From: Burkholderiales bacterium
GTDB taxonomy: Bacteria; Pseudomonadota; Gammaproteobacteria; Burkholderiales; SG8-39
Direction of reading: 5' to 3'
Assembly: GCA_050248795.1 (NCBI GenBank)
Contig: JBFWRS010000017.1
Coordinates: 1,146-65,145 of the forward strand
DNA: 64,000 bases
Shown here: piece by piece, positions 40,028-49,067 of the stretch
Layout: each line of letters begins with the position of its first letter
Position numbering within the stretch: the stretch's first letter is position 1
Notes under the pieces: generated by a model
What the model was told of the DNA's origin: nothing
What the model saw: the letters and a program-made list of their open reading frames with translations, nothing else
The model's database searches: none
Position numbers and translations under genes: made by a program

Positions 40028-40690
40028 ATGGCGACGCGCGTCCTCGTCATCGGATCGTCCGGGCACGCGGGGGTCGCCATCGATGCGATCGAGCGCTGCG
40101 GCCTCGAGGTCGCCGGGCTGGTCGACTCGTTCCGGCAGGCCGGCGAGTCGGCGTACGGCTACCAGGTAATCGGGCCTGAGGATGCCATTCCCGCCTTCCT
40201 GCAAAAGTACGAGGATTGCGCCGTGGCAATCGCCATCGGTGACAACTTCCAGCGCCGGCGGATGCGGCACAGGCTGCGGGAACTGGCGCCGCAACTGGGC
40301 GCCGTCACGGTGATCCACCCGCATGCGAGCGTCAGCGCGCGGGCGTCGATCGAAGACGGTGCCATGGTCTGCGCCGGCGCCATCGTCTGCGCCGGCGCTC
40401 GCGTGGGCGAGGGCTGCCTGCTGAACACCGGGGCGACATTGGACCACGACTGCACCATGGAGGCGTACTCGAGCCTCGGCCCCGGCGCGGTCGTGGGCGG
40501 CAGCGTGCGCATCGGCGAATGCAGCGCGGTGGGCATCGGGGCGACGCTGCGGCACGGCGTCAGCATCGGCGCGCACACCGTGATCGGTGCGGGCGCGGTT
40601 GTCGTGGGAGACATTCCGGCTCGGTGCGTCGCCTACGGCGTGCCTGCCCGCGCTGTCAGGGAGCGCCGGGCCGACGAGCCGTACCTCTGA
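40028..40690 (+). CDS. NeuD/PglD/VioB-family sugar N-acetyltransferase (left-handed beta-helix)
   Basis: The N-terminal Rossmann-like sequence is VLVIGSSGHAGVAIDAIE. Hexapeptide repeats follow (IEDGAMVCAGAIVCAGARVGEGCLLNTGATLDHDCTMEAYSSLGPGAVVGGSVRIGECSAVGIGATL). Confidence 0.8.
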   Translation: MATRVLVIGSSGHAGVAIDAIERCGLEVAGLVDSFRQAGESAYGYQVIGPEDAIPAFLQKYEDCAVAIAIGDNFQRRRMRHRLRELAPQLGAVTVIHPHASVSARASIEDGAMVCAGAIVCAGARVGEGCLLNTGATLDHDCTMEAYSSLGPGAVVGGSVRIGECSAVGIGATLRHGVSIGAHTVIGAGAVVVGDIPARCVAYGVPARAVRERRADEPYL

Positions 40691-40718
40691 CGCGGGATCG
40701 GTGCCGCCACCCGCAGCC

Positions 40719-41922
40719 ATGTCCCTCGTCAGCATCTGCATACCCACGTACAACAGGGCGGCGCTGCTCGCGAGGCACCTCGAGCACCTGTCCGGTTTCG
40801 GCCTGGAGATCGAGGTCGTCGTATCCGACAATGCGTCGAGCGACGACACGCGCGCGGTCGCGGAGTCGTTCGCGGGACGATTCCCGCGATTTCGCTACGT
40901 TCGCCTGCCGGGGCGCATGCATCCGCACCGATGCTGGGACTCCGCACTGCGGGGAGCGACCGGCGAGTACGTCTACGCGCTCGGGGATGACGACCTCGTC
41001 GTGGAGGAGGGCCTGGCGGAACTGCTCGCGTACATGCGCGCGCGGCCGAGCGTGCTGGCAGCGTTCGGCGCGCAGCAGTTGCATGATCTCGCGAGCGGAC
41101 GCTTCCTCGGCTATGCAAGGCGGACCGACGTGCTGGAGCATTACGGCGCGGCGGATCGCGCGGATGTTCGCGCGCTACTGGACGCTCGAGTTTCCGCTGA
41201 TGCGCCGCGATGTCTACCAGCGCGGTGTGCTGTTCGATCCGTTCCACCGATTCTTCCTGTGGTCATGGGTAGATGCTGTCCTGCGCCACGGCGAGCTGAT
41301 CGTCGCGCCGACAGTGATGTTCCAGCACTACCTTCACGACAAGCGGCTGACGCACGAGCAGGCGGTGGACCCGGAATGGATGTTCAAGGTCGCCAGCGAG
41401 ATCGAGTCGTTCGCGGCTACCCTTGACTGCGATGCGCCGACCCGCGCGCGGCTCGTGTCCTGGCAGTTGTCGCAGTGGTACCTGTTCCACTCGGGCCTGG
41501 CGGCTTCCGGCGCAAGCCAGTGCGGCGCGCGACTTTTCATCCGCAAGGGCATGGCTTACGATCCGGCGACTTTCCAGCCGCTCGCGGCCGAATGGGAACA
41601 GCGACACATCCTGCATGCGATGCTGGAACTGGTGCTCAGCAGGATCGAGCAGTACGGCGGCGTTCGCACCGTCGTGATCGAGGAAAGCGACATTGCCGCA
41701 TGGCTGGCCGGACAACTCGAGCGCGCCGGGCTCGGAACCGCGATCGAGCCCATGTCGGGGATTCTTTCTTCACGCCCGGACCGCGACAGCTACGTGCTCT
41801 TCAAGCACTATCCTGACAAGGACGCCGGCGTACTCGCGGAACTGGGGGGACGGCACTGTGCCTGCATGGACCTGCTGACCACACTGCGGCTGACGAATGC
41901 CGATCTGAACCTGACCGTATGA
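40719..41922 (+). pseudogene. GT2-family glycosyltransferase with an uncharacterised C-terminal domain, interrupted by a +1 frame change near 41130-41165
   Basis: The frame of 40719 gives MSLVSICIPTYNRAALL...VVVSDNASSDDT...YVYALGDDD (GT-A/DxD) and then degenerates into Arg/Pro/Ala junk. The next frame becomes protein-like from MFARYWTLEFPLMRRDVYQRGVLFDPF... through to the stop at 41922. The span of 1204 nt is 3n+1. Confidence 0.6.
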
Positions 41923-43283
41923 AAGGCCGGACCTTCATGCACCTGCTGCAACTCTTTCTTTCGGCGGCGCTCTTGCTTTCCGCACCGGCCCAGGGGGCGA
42001 TTCCTGCCGTTGCAATCCGCGACGGCCTTCCGACCCTGGCGCCGGTGTTGTCCAGAGTCACCCCCGCCGTAGTCAACATCGCGGTACTGCAGCAGTCCCC
42101 CGAGGCGCAGAACCCGCTGCTGCGCGATCCGTTCTTCCGGCGCTTCTTCGGGCTGCCGGAGCAGCAGCAGCCGCAGATTTCGGCAGGGTCGGGGGTGATC
42201 GTCGACGCGAAGAACGGCTACGTGCTGACGAACCACCACGTGGTGAAGGATGCGCGCGAAGTGCTGGTGACGCTGAAGGACAACCGGCGGCTGCCGGCGA
42301 AGCTGGTGGGGTCGGATGCCGGCACCGACATCGCGGTGCTGCGCATCGAGCCGGGGGAACTGGCGGAGGCGAAGTTCGGCGATTCGGACACGCTTCAGGT
42401 GGGCGACTTCGTCGTCGCCATCGGCAACCCCTTCGGCATCGGCCAGACGGTCACCTCGGGGATCGTCTCCGCGCTCGGGCGCTCGGGGCTCACGCAGGGA
42501 GCGTACGAGGACTTCATCCAGACCGACGCATCCATCAACCCCGGCAATTCCGGTGGCGCGCTGATCAACCTGCGCGGGGAACTGGTCGGCATCAACACCG
42601 CGATCATCGGCCCGTCTGGTGGCAACGTCGGCATAGGCTTTGCGGTGCCGGCAAACATGGCGCGGGCGGTGATGCGGCAGATCATCCGCTTCGGCGAGGT
42701 GCGCCGCGGCAGGCTGGGCGTCGTCATGCAGGACCTGACGCGGGACCTCGCGCGCAGCCTCGGCATCTCCGCGCGCACCGGGGTCGCGCTGACGCAGGTG
42801 ATTCCCGACTCGCCCGCCGCGCAGGCGGGACTGCGGATGGGCGATGTCATCACCGCGATCAACGGCCGCCAGGTACGGGGCTCTGCGGAACTGCGCGCGC
42901 AGCTCGGCGTCGTGCCGGTGGGCGAGACGGTGGAACTGCGCGTGCTGCGCGGCGCCGAAACGCGACAGGTGCGGGTACAGATCGGCGCAGTAGAGGCACG
43001 TGGGGGCGGCGGCAGCGAGCCGATACAACTGCTCGCGGGCGCCTCGATCGCGAATGCCGAGCGGCAGGTCGCGAACGGCAAGGAAGCGGTGGTCTACGTG
43101 ACCAAGGTCGCGCCGGGCAGCGCCGCGTTCAAGCACGGCCTGCGTGCCGGCGACATCATCCTCGGCGTCAACCGGCGGCGCGTCGCCAACGTCGAGGAGC
43201 TGATCGCCGCCATGCGCGTCGAGGGGCGCATCGCCATCCACGTCCAGCGCGGGGATTTCCAGCTGACGATAGTCGTCCGCTAA
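41919..43283 (+). CDS. DegP/DegQ-family periplasmic serine endoprotease (two PDZ domains)
   Basis: A signal peptide is followed by the trypsin-like triad context (LTNHHVV, DIAVLRI, GNSGGALINLRGELVGINTAI). The start overlaps the GT2 stop with ATGA. Confidence 0.85.
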   Translation: MKGRTFMHLLQLFLSAALLLSAPAQGAIPAVAIRDGLPTLAPVLSRVTPAVVNIAVLQQSPEAQNPLLRDPFFRRFFGLPEQQQPQISAGSGVIVDAKNGYVLTNHHVVKDAREVLVTLKDNRRLPAKLVGSDAGTDIAVLRIEPGELAEAKFGDSDTLQVGDFVVAIGNPFGIGQTVTSGIVSALGRSGLTQGAYEDFIQTDASINPGNSGGALINLRGELVGINTAIIGPSGGNVGIGFAVPANMARAVMRQIIRFGEVRRGRLGVVMQDLTRDLARSLGISARTGVALTQVIPDSPAAQAGLRMGDVITAINGRQVRGSAELRAQLGVVPVGETVELRVLRGAETRQVRVQIGAVEARGGGGSEPIQLLAGASIANAERQVANGKEAVVYVTKVAPGSAAFKHGLRAGDIILGVNRRRVANVEELIAAMRVEGRIAIHVQRGDFQLTIVVR

Positions 43284-43298
43284 AGCTGGCCACGGCCG

Positions 43299-44132
43299 TC
43301 AGGATCCCTGCGCCCTCTTTAGCGATGCGGCAAGCGCTGCTCGCTCCGCTTCGGGAAACTGGCTTGGGACTATGAAGCGCCGCCGTTGGACTGGTGGCAC
43401 GGCGTATGTGCGTGCCGCAACCTTGTTCATCGCCCAGACGCCGTTTTCCGACCACACGCGCCCGCCGAAGAAATCGCGCACCGCGGTGGTCACTCCGGGA
43501 TGGAACCGAGCGCCGGTGCGCGGATCCGCCATGAAATCGCTGCGGGGATTGGCACGCGCGAAATCCGCGTCACATTCGTCCAGTTGCAGCTCCAGATCGT
43601 CGCCGCAAAGGATGCCTCCAGTTCTTACGAGGCGCTCGGCAAGCGCGAGGTCTGTCCGCACGTCGTCGTGGTAGTGGCTTCCATCAACGTAGACGATGTC
43701 GAACGATTCCGCCTGAAGATACTGCTCGAACTCGGGAAGCGACCCCCGAACATGGCGGATGTTCACTCCTGACGCAGCAAAGCGAACGTTGTGGAGGAAC
43801 AGGTCGTACGCCAGCCCAGTACTCGCGAGGCCCTCCATCTGCAGATAGGGCCCGGCTTCGTTGCGCGCCGAGTCCTCGAAGTACGGCGCCCATGGGTCGA
43901 TGCAGACAACGGTGCCCTTTTCCGGGCAGAAAGCGGCGATCGCTTCGCTCCATGTCAATGCGCTGTGCCCAATCCAGGAGCCGACCTCCAGGATGTCGAC
44001 GCGCTGACGTTTGACCAGTGACACCAGGGAGGCGATCTCCGCATGTCTCGCGATCGTGCACTGACGCCCTGCCGTGCCGCCTTCGAAGTACGGCCCATCG
44101 GGAAACAGCTGCGCCAGGAATCGCCTCATCAA
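43299..44132 (-). CDS. class I SAM-dependent methyltransferase (Methyltransf_24/TylF-CmcI-like)
   Basis: Motif I is ILEVGSWIGHS, followed by VVCIDPW and IVYVDGSHYHDDV. It is convergent with degQ across a 15-nt gap. Confidence 0.65.
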   Translation of the reverse strand: MMRRFLAQLFPDGPYFEGGTAGRQCTIARHAEIASLVSLVKRQRVDILEVGSWIGHSALTWSEAIAAFCPEKGTVVCIDPWAPYFEDSARNEAGPYLQMEGLASTGLAYDLFLHNVRFAASGVNIRHVRGSLPEFEQYLQAESFDIVYVDGSHYHDDVRTDLALAERLVRTGGILCGDDLELQLDECDADFARANPRSDFMADPRTGARFHPGVTTAVRDFFGGRVWSENGVWAMNKVAARTYAVPPVQRRRFIVPSQFPEAERAALAASLKRAQGS

Positions 44133-44136
44133 TCGG

Positions 44137-46260
44137 CTACTCCCGCGCGCGCACGATCTTCTTCACGTCGGTCAGCCGGCGCAGCGCGCGCATCACGCGC
44201 GCCAGGTGGTCGCGATTGGCGACTTCGAGCACGAACAGCATCGTCGTGAAGACCGCGCGGTCGTCCTGCATGCTGATCGAATCGATGTTGGCGCCGGCTT
44301 CGGCGATTCCCGAGGCGACTTTTGCCAGCACGCCGCGCTGGTTGGACACGGTGACGCCGATCGCGGCCTGGAACAGGCGCTTTGGCGCGCGGTCCCATTC
44401 CACGTCTATCCACTGATCCGGCTCGTTCCGGCGCGAGCGCTCGGCGGTACGGCAGTCGGCGGCGTGGACGACCAGTCCCTGCCCCTTCTTCATCGAGCCG
44501 AGGATGCGATCGCCAGGGATCGGGCGGCAGCAGCTCGCGAGCTGCACCGCCATGCCCTCGGTGCCGCGTATGACGACGCTGCCCGCGGGCCTGGCCGCCC
44601 CGGGCTTCGCGTCCGGCGCCTCGCCGTGCTTCAGGAACTTGCGCGCGACCACGGCCGACAGGCGCTTGCCCAGCCCGATGTCCGCGAGCACTTCCTCCTT
44701 GGTGCGCGCGCCGCCGTCGCGGATGACGCGCTCCCAGGTCACCGGCTCGGTGTCGGCGAGCGACAGGCCGAGGGCCTTCAGCGCCTGGTCGAGCAGGCGC
44801 TCGCCCAGCGCCGCCGACTCCTCGTACTGCATGGTCTTGAGGAAGTGGCGGATGTTCGCGCGCGCCTTGCCGGTGCGCACGTACTGCAGCCACGCCGGGT
44901 TGGGCTTGGCGTGGCTCGCGGTGATGATCTCGACGCGGTCGCCGTTGCGCAGTTCGGTGCGCAGCGGCGCCAGCTCGCCGTTCACCTTGGCGGCGACGCA
45001 GCAGTTGCCGATGTCGGTGTGCACCTGGTAGGCGAAGTCGACCGCCGTCGCGCCGCGCGGCAGCGACAGGATCCTGCCCTTGGGCGTGAAGACGTAGACC
45101 TCGTCCGGAAACAGGTCCACCTTGACGTGCTCAAGGAACTCCTGCGGGTCGCCCGACTGGTTCTGGATGTCCAGCAGCGACTGCAGCCACTGGTGCGTCT
45201 TCAGTTGCAGGTCGGACAGGGAATCCGCGTCGTCCTTGTACATCCAGTGCGAGGCGACGCCGGCGTCGGCGATGCGGTGCATGGCCTCGGTGCGGATCTG
45301 CGCCTCGACCGGCAGGCCGTACGGCCCGATCAGCGCGGTGTGCAGCGACTGGTAGCCGTTCGCCTTGGGGATCGCGATGTAGTCCTTGAACTTGCCCGGC
45401 ACCGGCTTGTACAGCGCGTGCAGCGCGCCCAGCGCGAGGTAGCAGGCCGGCACGTCCTTGACGACGATGCGAAAGCCGTAGATGTCGTGCACCTCGGAGA
45501 ACGACAGGTGCTTCTCGATCATCTTGCGGTAGATGGAGTAGATGTGCTTCTCGCGCCCGGTGATGGTCGCCTGGATGCCGCTCTCGGCGAGCTTCAGCCG
45601 CACCTGTTCGAGCATCTTGCCGATCACCTCGCGCCGGTTGCCGCGCGCGGCCCGCGTGGCGCGAAGCAGCACGTCGTAGCGCAGCGGGTGCATGTTCGCG
45701 AACGCGAGTTCCTGCAGTTCGTGGAACAGCGCGTTCAGGCCGAGCCGGTTTGCGATCGGCGCGTAGATCTCTATCGTTTCCCGGGCGACGCGCCTGCGCT
45801 TGGCAGGCGACACGGCGGACAGCGTGCGCATGTTGTGCAGGCGGTCCGCGAGCTTGATCAGGATGACGCGCACGTCGCGTGCCATCGCCAGCAGCATCTT
45901 GCGGAAGTTCTCGGCCTGCGCGTCCTCGACCGACTGGAACTCGATCCGGGTGAGCTTGGAAAGCCCGTCGACCAGGTCGGCCACCGGCTTGCCGAAGGTG
46001 TCGGCGATCTCGGCCTTGGTGACCGAGGTGTCCTCCATGACGTCGTGCAGCAGCGCGGCCTGCAGCGCCTGGCTGTCCAGGTGCCAGTCGGCGAGGATCT
46101 CGGCCACCGCGATCGGGTGCGAGATGTAGGGCTCGCCGGACTGCCGGGTCTGCCCGGCGTGCGCGGCTTCCGAGAAGCGGTACGCCTCGGCTATGCGCGC
46201 GACATCCGCCGGCTTCAGGTATGCGAAGCGTTCCTCGTCGAGTGCATGCACGGCCGCCAT
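44137..46260 (-). CDS. spoT: bifunctional (p)ppGpp synthetase/hydrolase
   Basis: The HD domain reads HPIAVAEIL...LLHDVMEDT. The synthetase motif is YKPVPGKFKDYIAIPKANGYQSLHT, and TGS and ACT regions are present. Synteny with rpoZ-gmk supports the call. Confidence 0.9.
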   Translation of the reverse strand: MAAVHALDEERFAYLKPADVARIAEAYRFSEAAHAGQTRQSGEPYISHPIAVAEILADWHLDSQALQAALLHDVMEDTSVTKAEIADTFGKPVADLVDGLSKLTRIEFQSVEDAQAENFRKMLLAMARDVRVILIKLADRLHNMRTLSAVSPAKRRRVARETIEIYAPIANRLGLNALFHELQELAFANMHPLRYDVLLRATRAARGNRREVIGKMLEQVRLKLAESGIQATITGREKHIYSIYRKMIEKHLSFSEVHDIYGFRIVVKDVPACYLALGALHALYKPVPGKFKDYIAIPKANGYQSLHTALIGPYGLPVEAQIRTEAMHRIADAGVASHWMYKDDADSLSDLQLKTHQWLQSLLDIQNQSGDPQEFLEHVKVDLFPDEVYVFTPKGRILSLPRGATAVDFAYQVHTDIGNCCVAAKVNGELAPLRTELRNGDRVEIITASHAKPNPAWLQYVRTGKARANIRHFLKTMQYEESAALGERLLDQALKALGLSLADTEPVTWERVIRDGGARTKEEVLADIGLGKRLSAVVARKFLKHGEAPDAKPGAARPAGSVVIRGTEGMAVQLASCCRPIPGDRILGSMKKGQGLVVHAADCRTAERSRRNEPDQWIDVEWDRAPKRLFQAAIGVTVSNQRGVLAKVASGIAEAGANIDSISMQDDRAVFTTMLFVLEVANRDHLARVMRALRRLTDVKKIVRARE

Positions 46261-46296
46261 GCACTCAATTTAGCCCAGAACGGGCGTCGGGTGGTG

Positions 46297-46527
46297 CTAC
46301 AGCGGCGCGACCGTCCCGGGCGAATTCGGGTTCTTCTTCAGCACCTCGGTGCCGATCTTGCCGGTGGCGATCTCGCGCAGCGCGATCACCGTCATCTTGT
46401 CCTTGTTCGGCTCGACCAGCGGGGAGCTGCCGGCGCTGAGCTGGCGCGCCCGGTAGGTCGCTGCCAGCGTCAACTGGAAGCGGTTGGGGATGCGCTTGAG
46501 GCAATCGTCTACGGTGATGCGGGCCAT
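46297..46527 (-). CDS. rpoZ: DNA-directed RNA polymerase subunit omega
   Basis: [30 protein letters not shown] is diagnostic. I chose the ATG at 46527. Confidence 0.9.
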   Translation of the reverse strand: MARITVDDCLKRIPNRFQLTLAATYRARQLSAGSSPLVEPNKDKMTVIALREIATGKIGTEVLKKNPNSPGTVAPL

Positions 46528-46537
46528 GGTGTGGATC

Positions 46538-47143
46538 CTATGCGGTTCTGAAGATTTCCGGGTGCCGGGAAAACTGCGTGGAGGTCTCGACGCGCGCGGC
46601 ACGGATGATCGCGATCAGGTCCCGTTTCGCTTCGTCGAAGTCTTTGTTAATTATAGCGTATTTGAACTCCAGCACGTGCTCGATTTCCTCCTTCGCGGCG
46701 GCCATGCGGCGGCCGATCACGGCGTCCGAATCCAGCGCGCGCGAGCGCATGCGGCGCTCCAGCTCCGCGAGCGAGGGCGGCATGATGAAGATGCCGACGC
46801 AATCCGGGTAGAGCTTGCGCACCTGCTGCGCACCCTGCCAGTCGATCTCCAGCAGCAGGTCCTGGCCGCACTCCAGTGTGTCGACGATGACCTTCTGCGA
46901 GGTGCCGTAGCGGTATCCGTGCACTTCCGCTGCCTCGAGGAACTCGCCTCGGCTGAGCATGGCGAGGAACTTCGCGTCGTCCACGAAGTGGTACTCGCGC
47001 CCGTTCGTCTCGCCGGGGCGCGGCGCGCGCGTGGTGTAGGACACCGACAGCCGCAGTTGCGGCATGTCGTGCAGCACTGCGTTGATGAGCGTGCTCTTGC
47101 CGGCGCCGGAGGGCGCCGTGATGACGAACAGAAGGCCTTTCAT
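46538..47143 (-). CDS. gmk: guanylate kinase
   Basis: The P-loop is [12 protein letters not shown], followed by [19 protein letters not shown]. Confidence 0.9.
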   Translation of the reverse strand: MKGLLFVITAPSGAGKSTLINAVLHDMPQLRLSVSYTTRAPRPGETNGREYHFVDDAKFLAMLSRGEFLEAAEVHGYRYGTSQKVIVDTLECGQDLLLEIDWQGAQQVRKLYPDCVGIFIMPPSLAELERRMRSRALDSDAVIGRRMAAAKEEIEHVLEFKYAIINKDFDEAKRDLIAIIRAARVETSTQFSRHPEIFRTA

Positions 47144-47150
47144 CGCACTC

Positions 47151-48017
47151 CTACTCTATGTTCTGGACCTGCTCGCGCACCTGCTCGACCAGGAGTTTCA
47201 GTTCCAGCGCGCAGTCCGCGAGCTTCGAGGATGCCGCTTTCGATGCGAGCGTGTTGGCTTCCCGGTTGAGTTCCTGCGCCAGGAAATCAAGGCGCTTGCC
47301 GGCCGCGCCGCCCTTTGCCAGTACGCGCTCGACTTCGTCCAGGTGGGTGCTGAACCGCGTGAGTTCCTCGTCCACGTCCGCCTTCAGCGCCAGCACGGCG
47401 ATCTCCTGCCGCAGGCGTTCCTCGTCCATCGCGCCGAGCGCCTCGCGCAGCCGCTCCGCCATGCGCACCCGTTGCGCGGCGATCGCCTCCGGCACCAGCG
47501 GCGCCGCGTCTGCGGCGCGCGCGCGCATGTCGGCGACCCGCGCCAGCAGCGCTGCCTTCAGTTTCGCGCCTTCGCGATTGCGCGACGCGCACAGTTCCTC
47601 CAGCGCGCGGCTGGCGCACCCGATCGCGGCGGCGTGAAGCTGTTCCTCGTCAGGCGCCTCTTCTGCCAGCACGCCGGGCCAGCGCAGCACGTCGGCGACG
47701 CCCAGGCTGCGCGCATCCGGCATCGCCTCGCGCACCTCCCCGGCGAGGCGGCGCAGCGTCGCCAGCGCCTCGGCGTTCATGGTCGCGGCGCGCGGCGCAG
47801 CCGTACGCAGGTTGAGCTGCAGCCGGCAATCGACCTTGCCGCGCAGGACTCGCGCGGCGATCAGCTCGCGCAGCGCGGGTTCCATTGCGCGCATCTCGTC
47901 GGGCACGCGGAACTGCAGGTCGAGGAAGCGCGAGTTGACCGAGCGCAGTTCGACCTGCAGGCTGCCCTGGGGCAGTTCCGCGTTTGCGCTCGCGTAGCCG
48001 GTCATGCTCTGGATCAC
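47151..48017 (-). CDS. yicC: YicC-family stress-induced protein
   Basis: MIQSMTGYA...ELRSVNSRFLD... is present, along with the C-terminal REANTLASKA and EQVREQVQNIE. Confidence 0.9.
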   Translation of the reverse strand: MIQSMTGYASANAELPQGSLQVELRSVNSRFLDLQFRVPDEMRAMEPALRELIAARVLRGKVDCRLQLNLRTAAPRAATMNAEALATLRRLAGEVREAMPDARSLGVADVLRWPGVLAEEAPDEEQLHAAAIGCASRALEELCASRNREGAKLKAALLARVADMRARAADAAPLVPEAIAAQRVRMAERLREALGAMDEERLRQEIAVLALKADVDEELTRFSTHLDEVERVLAKGGAAGKRLDFLAQELNREANTLASKAASSKLADCALELKLLVEQVREQVQNIE

Positions 48018-48110
48018 GGTGTGACGGAGTGCGCATTTGCCGGCGAAAACGCGGCGCTGCGCAGGGGTGGCTCCCGATTGCCAGAAGGCGGACGCGTATC
48101 ATACGGGCAG

Positions 48111-49067
48111 ATGGTGACCCAGGCCAACCAGCCCCTGCCGGAAGGCTGCCAGCTCCAGAACTACCGCATCCTGCGGGTGCTCGCCGCCGGCGGATTTTCC
48201 TTCGTCTACCTGGCCCACGACGAGAACGACGCGCCGGTCGCGATCAAGGAGTACCTGCCTTCGACGCTGGCGCTGCGCGGCAGCGGCAGCGGCAATGTAC
48301 CGAAGGTTCCCGACGAGAACCTCGCCGTCTACCGCTATGGCATGAAGTGCTTCTTCGACGAGGGCCGCGCGCTCGCCGGCCTGCAGCACCCGAACGTCAT
48401 CCGAGTGACGAACTTCTTCCGCGCCAACGAGACGGTGTACATGGTGATGCGCTACGAGCGCGGCCGCACCCTGCACGAGCACATCCACGCCAGGCGCGGC
48501 GCGCTGAAGGAATCGTGGATCGCGCACACGTTCATCACGCTGCTGGATGGGCTGCGCGAAGTGCATTCGAACAAGCTGCTGCACCTGGACATCAAGCCGG
48601 GGAACATCTACGTGCGGAACGACGGCACGCCGCTGCTGATCGACTTCGGCGCGGCGCGGCAGACGCTCACCAGCGAAGGCACGAAGCTGCCGCCGATGTA
48701 CACGCCGGGCTACGCTTCGCCCGAGCATCACGGCGTGCGCGAGAACCTCGGCCCGTGGAGCGACATCTACTCGGTGGGCGCGAGCATGTACGCCTGCCTG
48801 TCCGGCGCGGCGCCGCAGCCCGCCGACCAGCGGATGCTGAAGGACCGGCTCGAGCCCGCGCGCAGGCTGTGGAGCGGCAGGTACTCGAGCGACCTGCTCG
48901 ACACCATCGACTGGTGCCTGCGGCTCGATCACATGCAGCGGCCGCAGAGCGTGTTTGCGCTGCAAAAGGCGCTTACCGGCGAGAAGCCGCCCGAGCACCG
49001 CGGCGCCGCGCCGGTACTCGATCAGTTGAAGGGCGCGATCCTCAGGCTCGCAGGGCGCCGCGCGTGA
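48111..49067 (+). CDS. stand-alone Hanks-type Ser/Thr protein kinase (kinase domain only)
   Basis: The Gly-rich loop is LAAGGFSFVY, the catalytic lysine is in VAIKEY, the catalytic loop is LHLDIKPGNIYV, and DFG and SPE motifs are present (DFGAARQ, GYASPE). No TM segment or sensor domain is visible. Confidence 0.8.
   Translation: MVTQANQPLPEGCQLQNYRILRVLAAGGFSFVYLAHDENDAPVAIKEYLPSTLALRGSGSGNVPKVPDENLAVYRYGMKCFFDEGRALAGLQHPNVIRVTNFFRANETVYMVMRYERGRTLHEHIHARRGALKESWIAHTFITLLDGLREVHSNKLLHLDIKPGNIYVRNDGTPLLIDFGAARQTLTSEGTKLPPMYTPGYASPEHHGVRENLGPWSDIYSVGASMYACLSGAAPQPADQRMLKDRLEPARRLWSGRYSSDLLDTIDWCLRLDHMQRPQSVFALQKALTGEKPPEHRGAAPVLDQLKGAILRLAGRRA

Noticed and set aside
40519-41160. The N-terminal part of the 467-aa ORF (from the ATG at 40519) as the true start of the gene ending at 41922.
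   Set aside because: This portion is Arg/Cys/Ser-rich junk that overlaps the acetyltransferase 3' end. The GT2 motifs lie in the neighbouring frame. A frame change explains the data better.
33314-44136. Calling the region after tRNA-Lys a mobile genomic island or ICE.
   Set aside because: I could find no integrase, excisionase, transposase, conjugation genes or direct repeat of the tRNA 3' end. I therefore report it only as an accessory-looking segment and not as a mobile_element feature.
44074-46551. An 825-aa plus-strand ORF antisense to spoT and rpoZ.
   Set aside because: It is a shadow ORF, and spoT and rpoZ on the minus strand are unambiguous.
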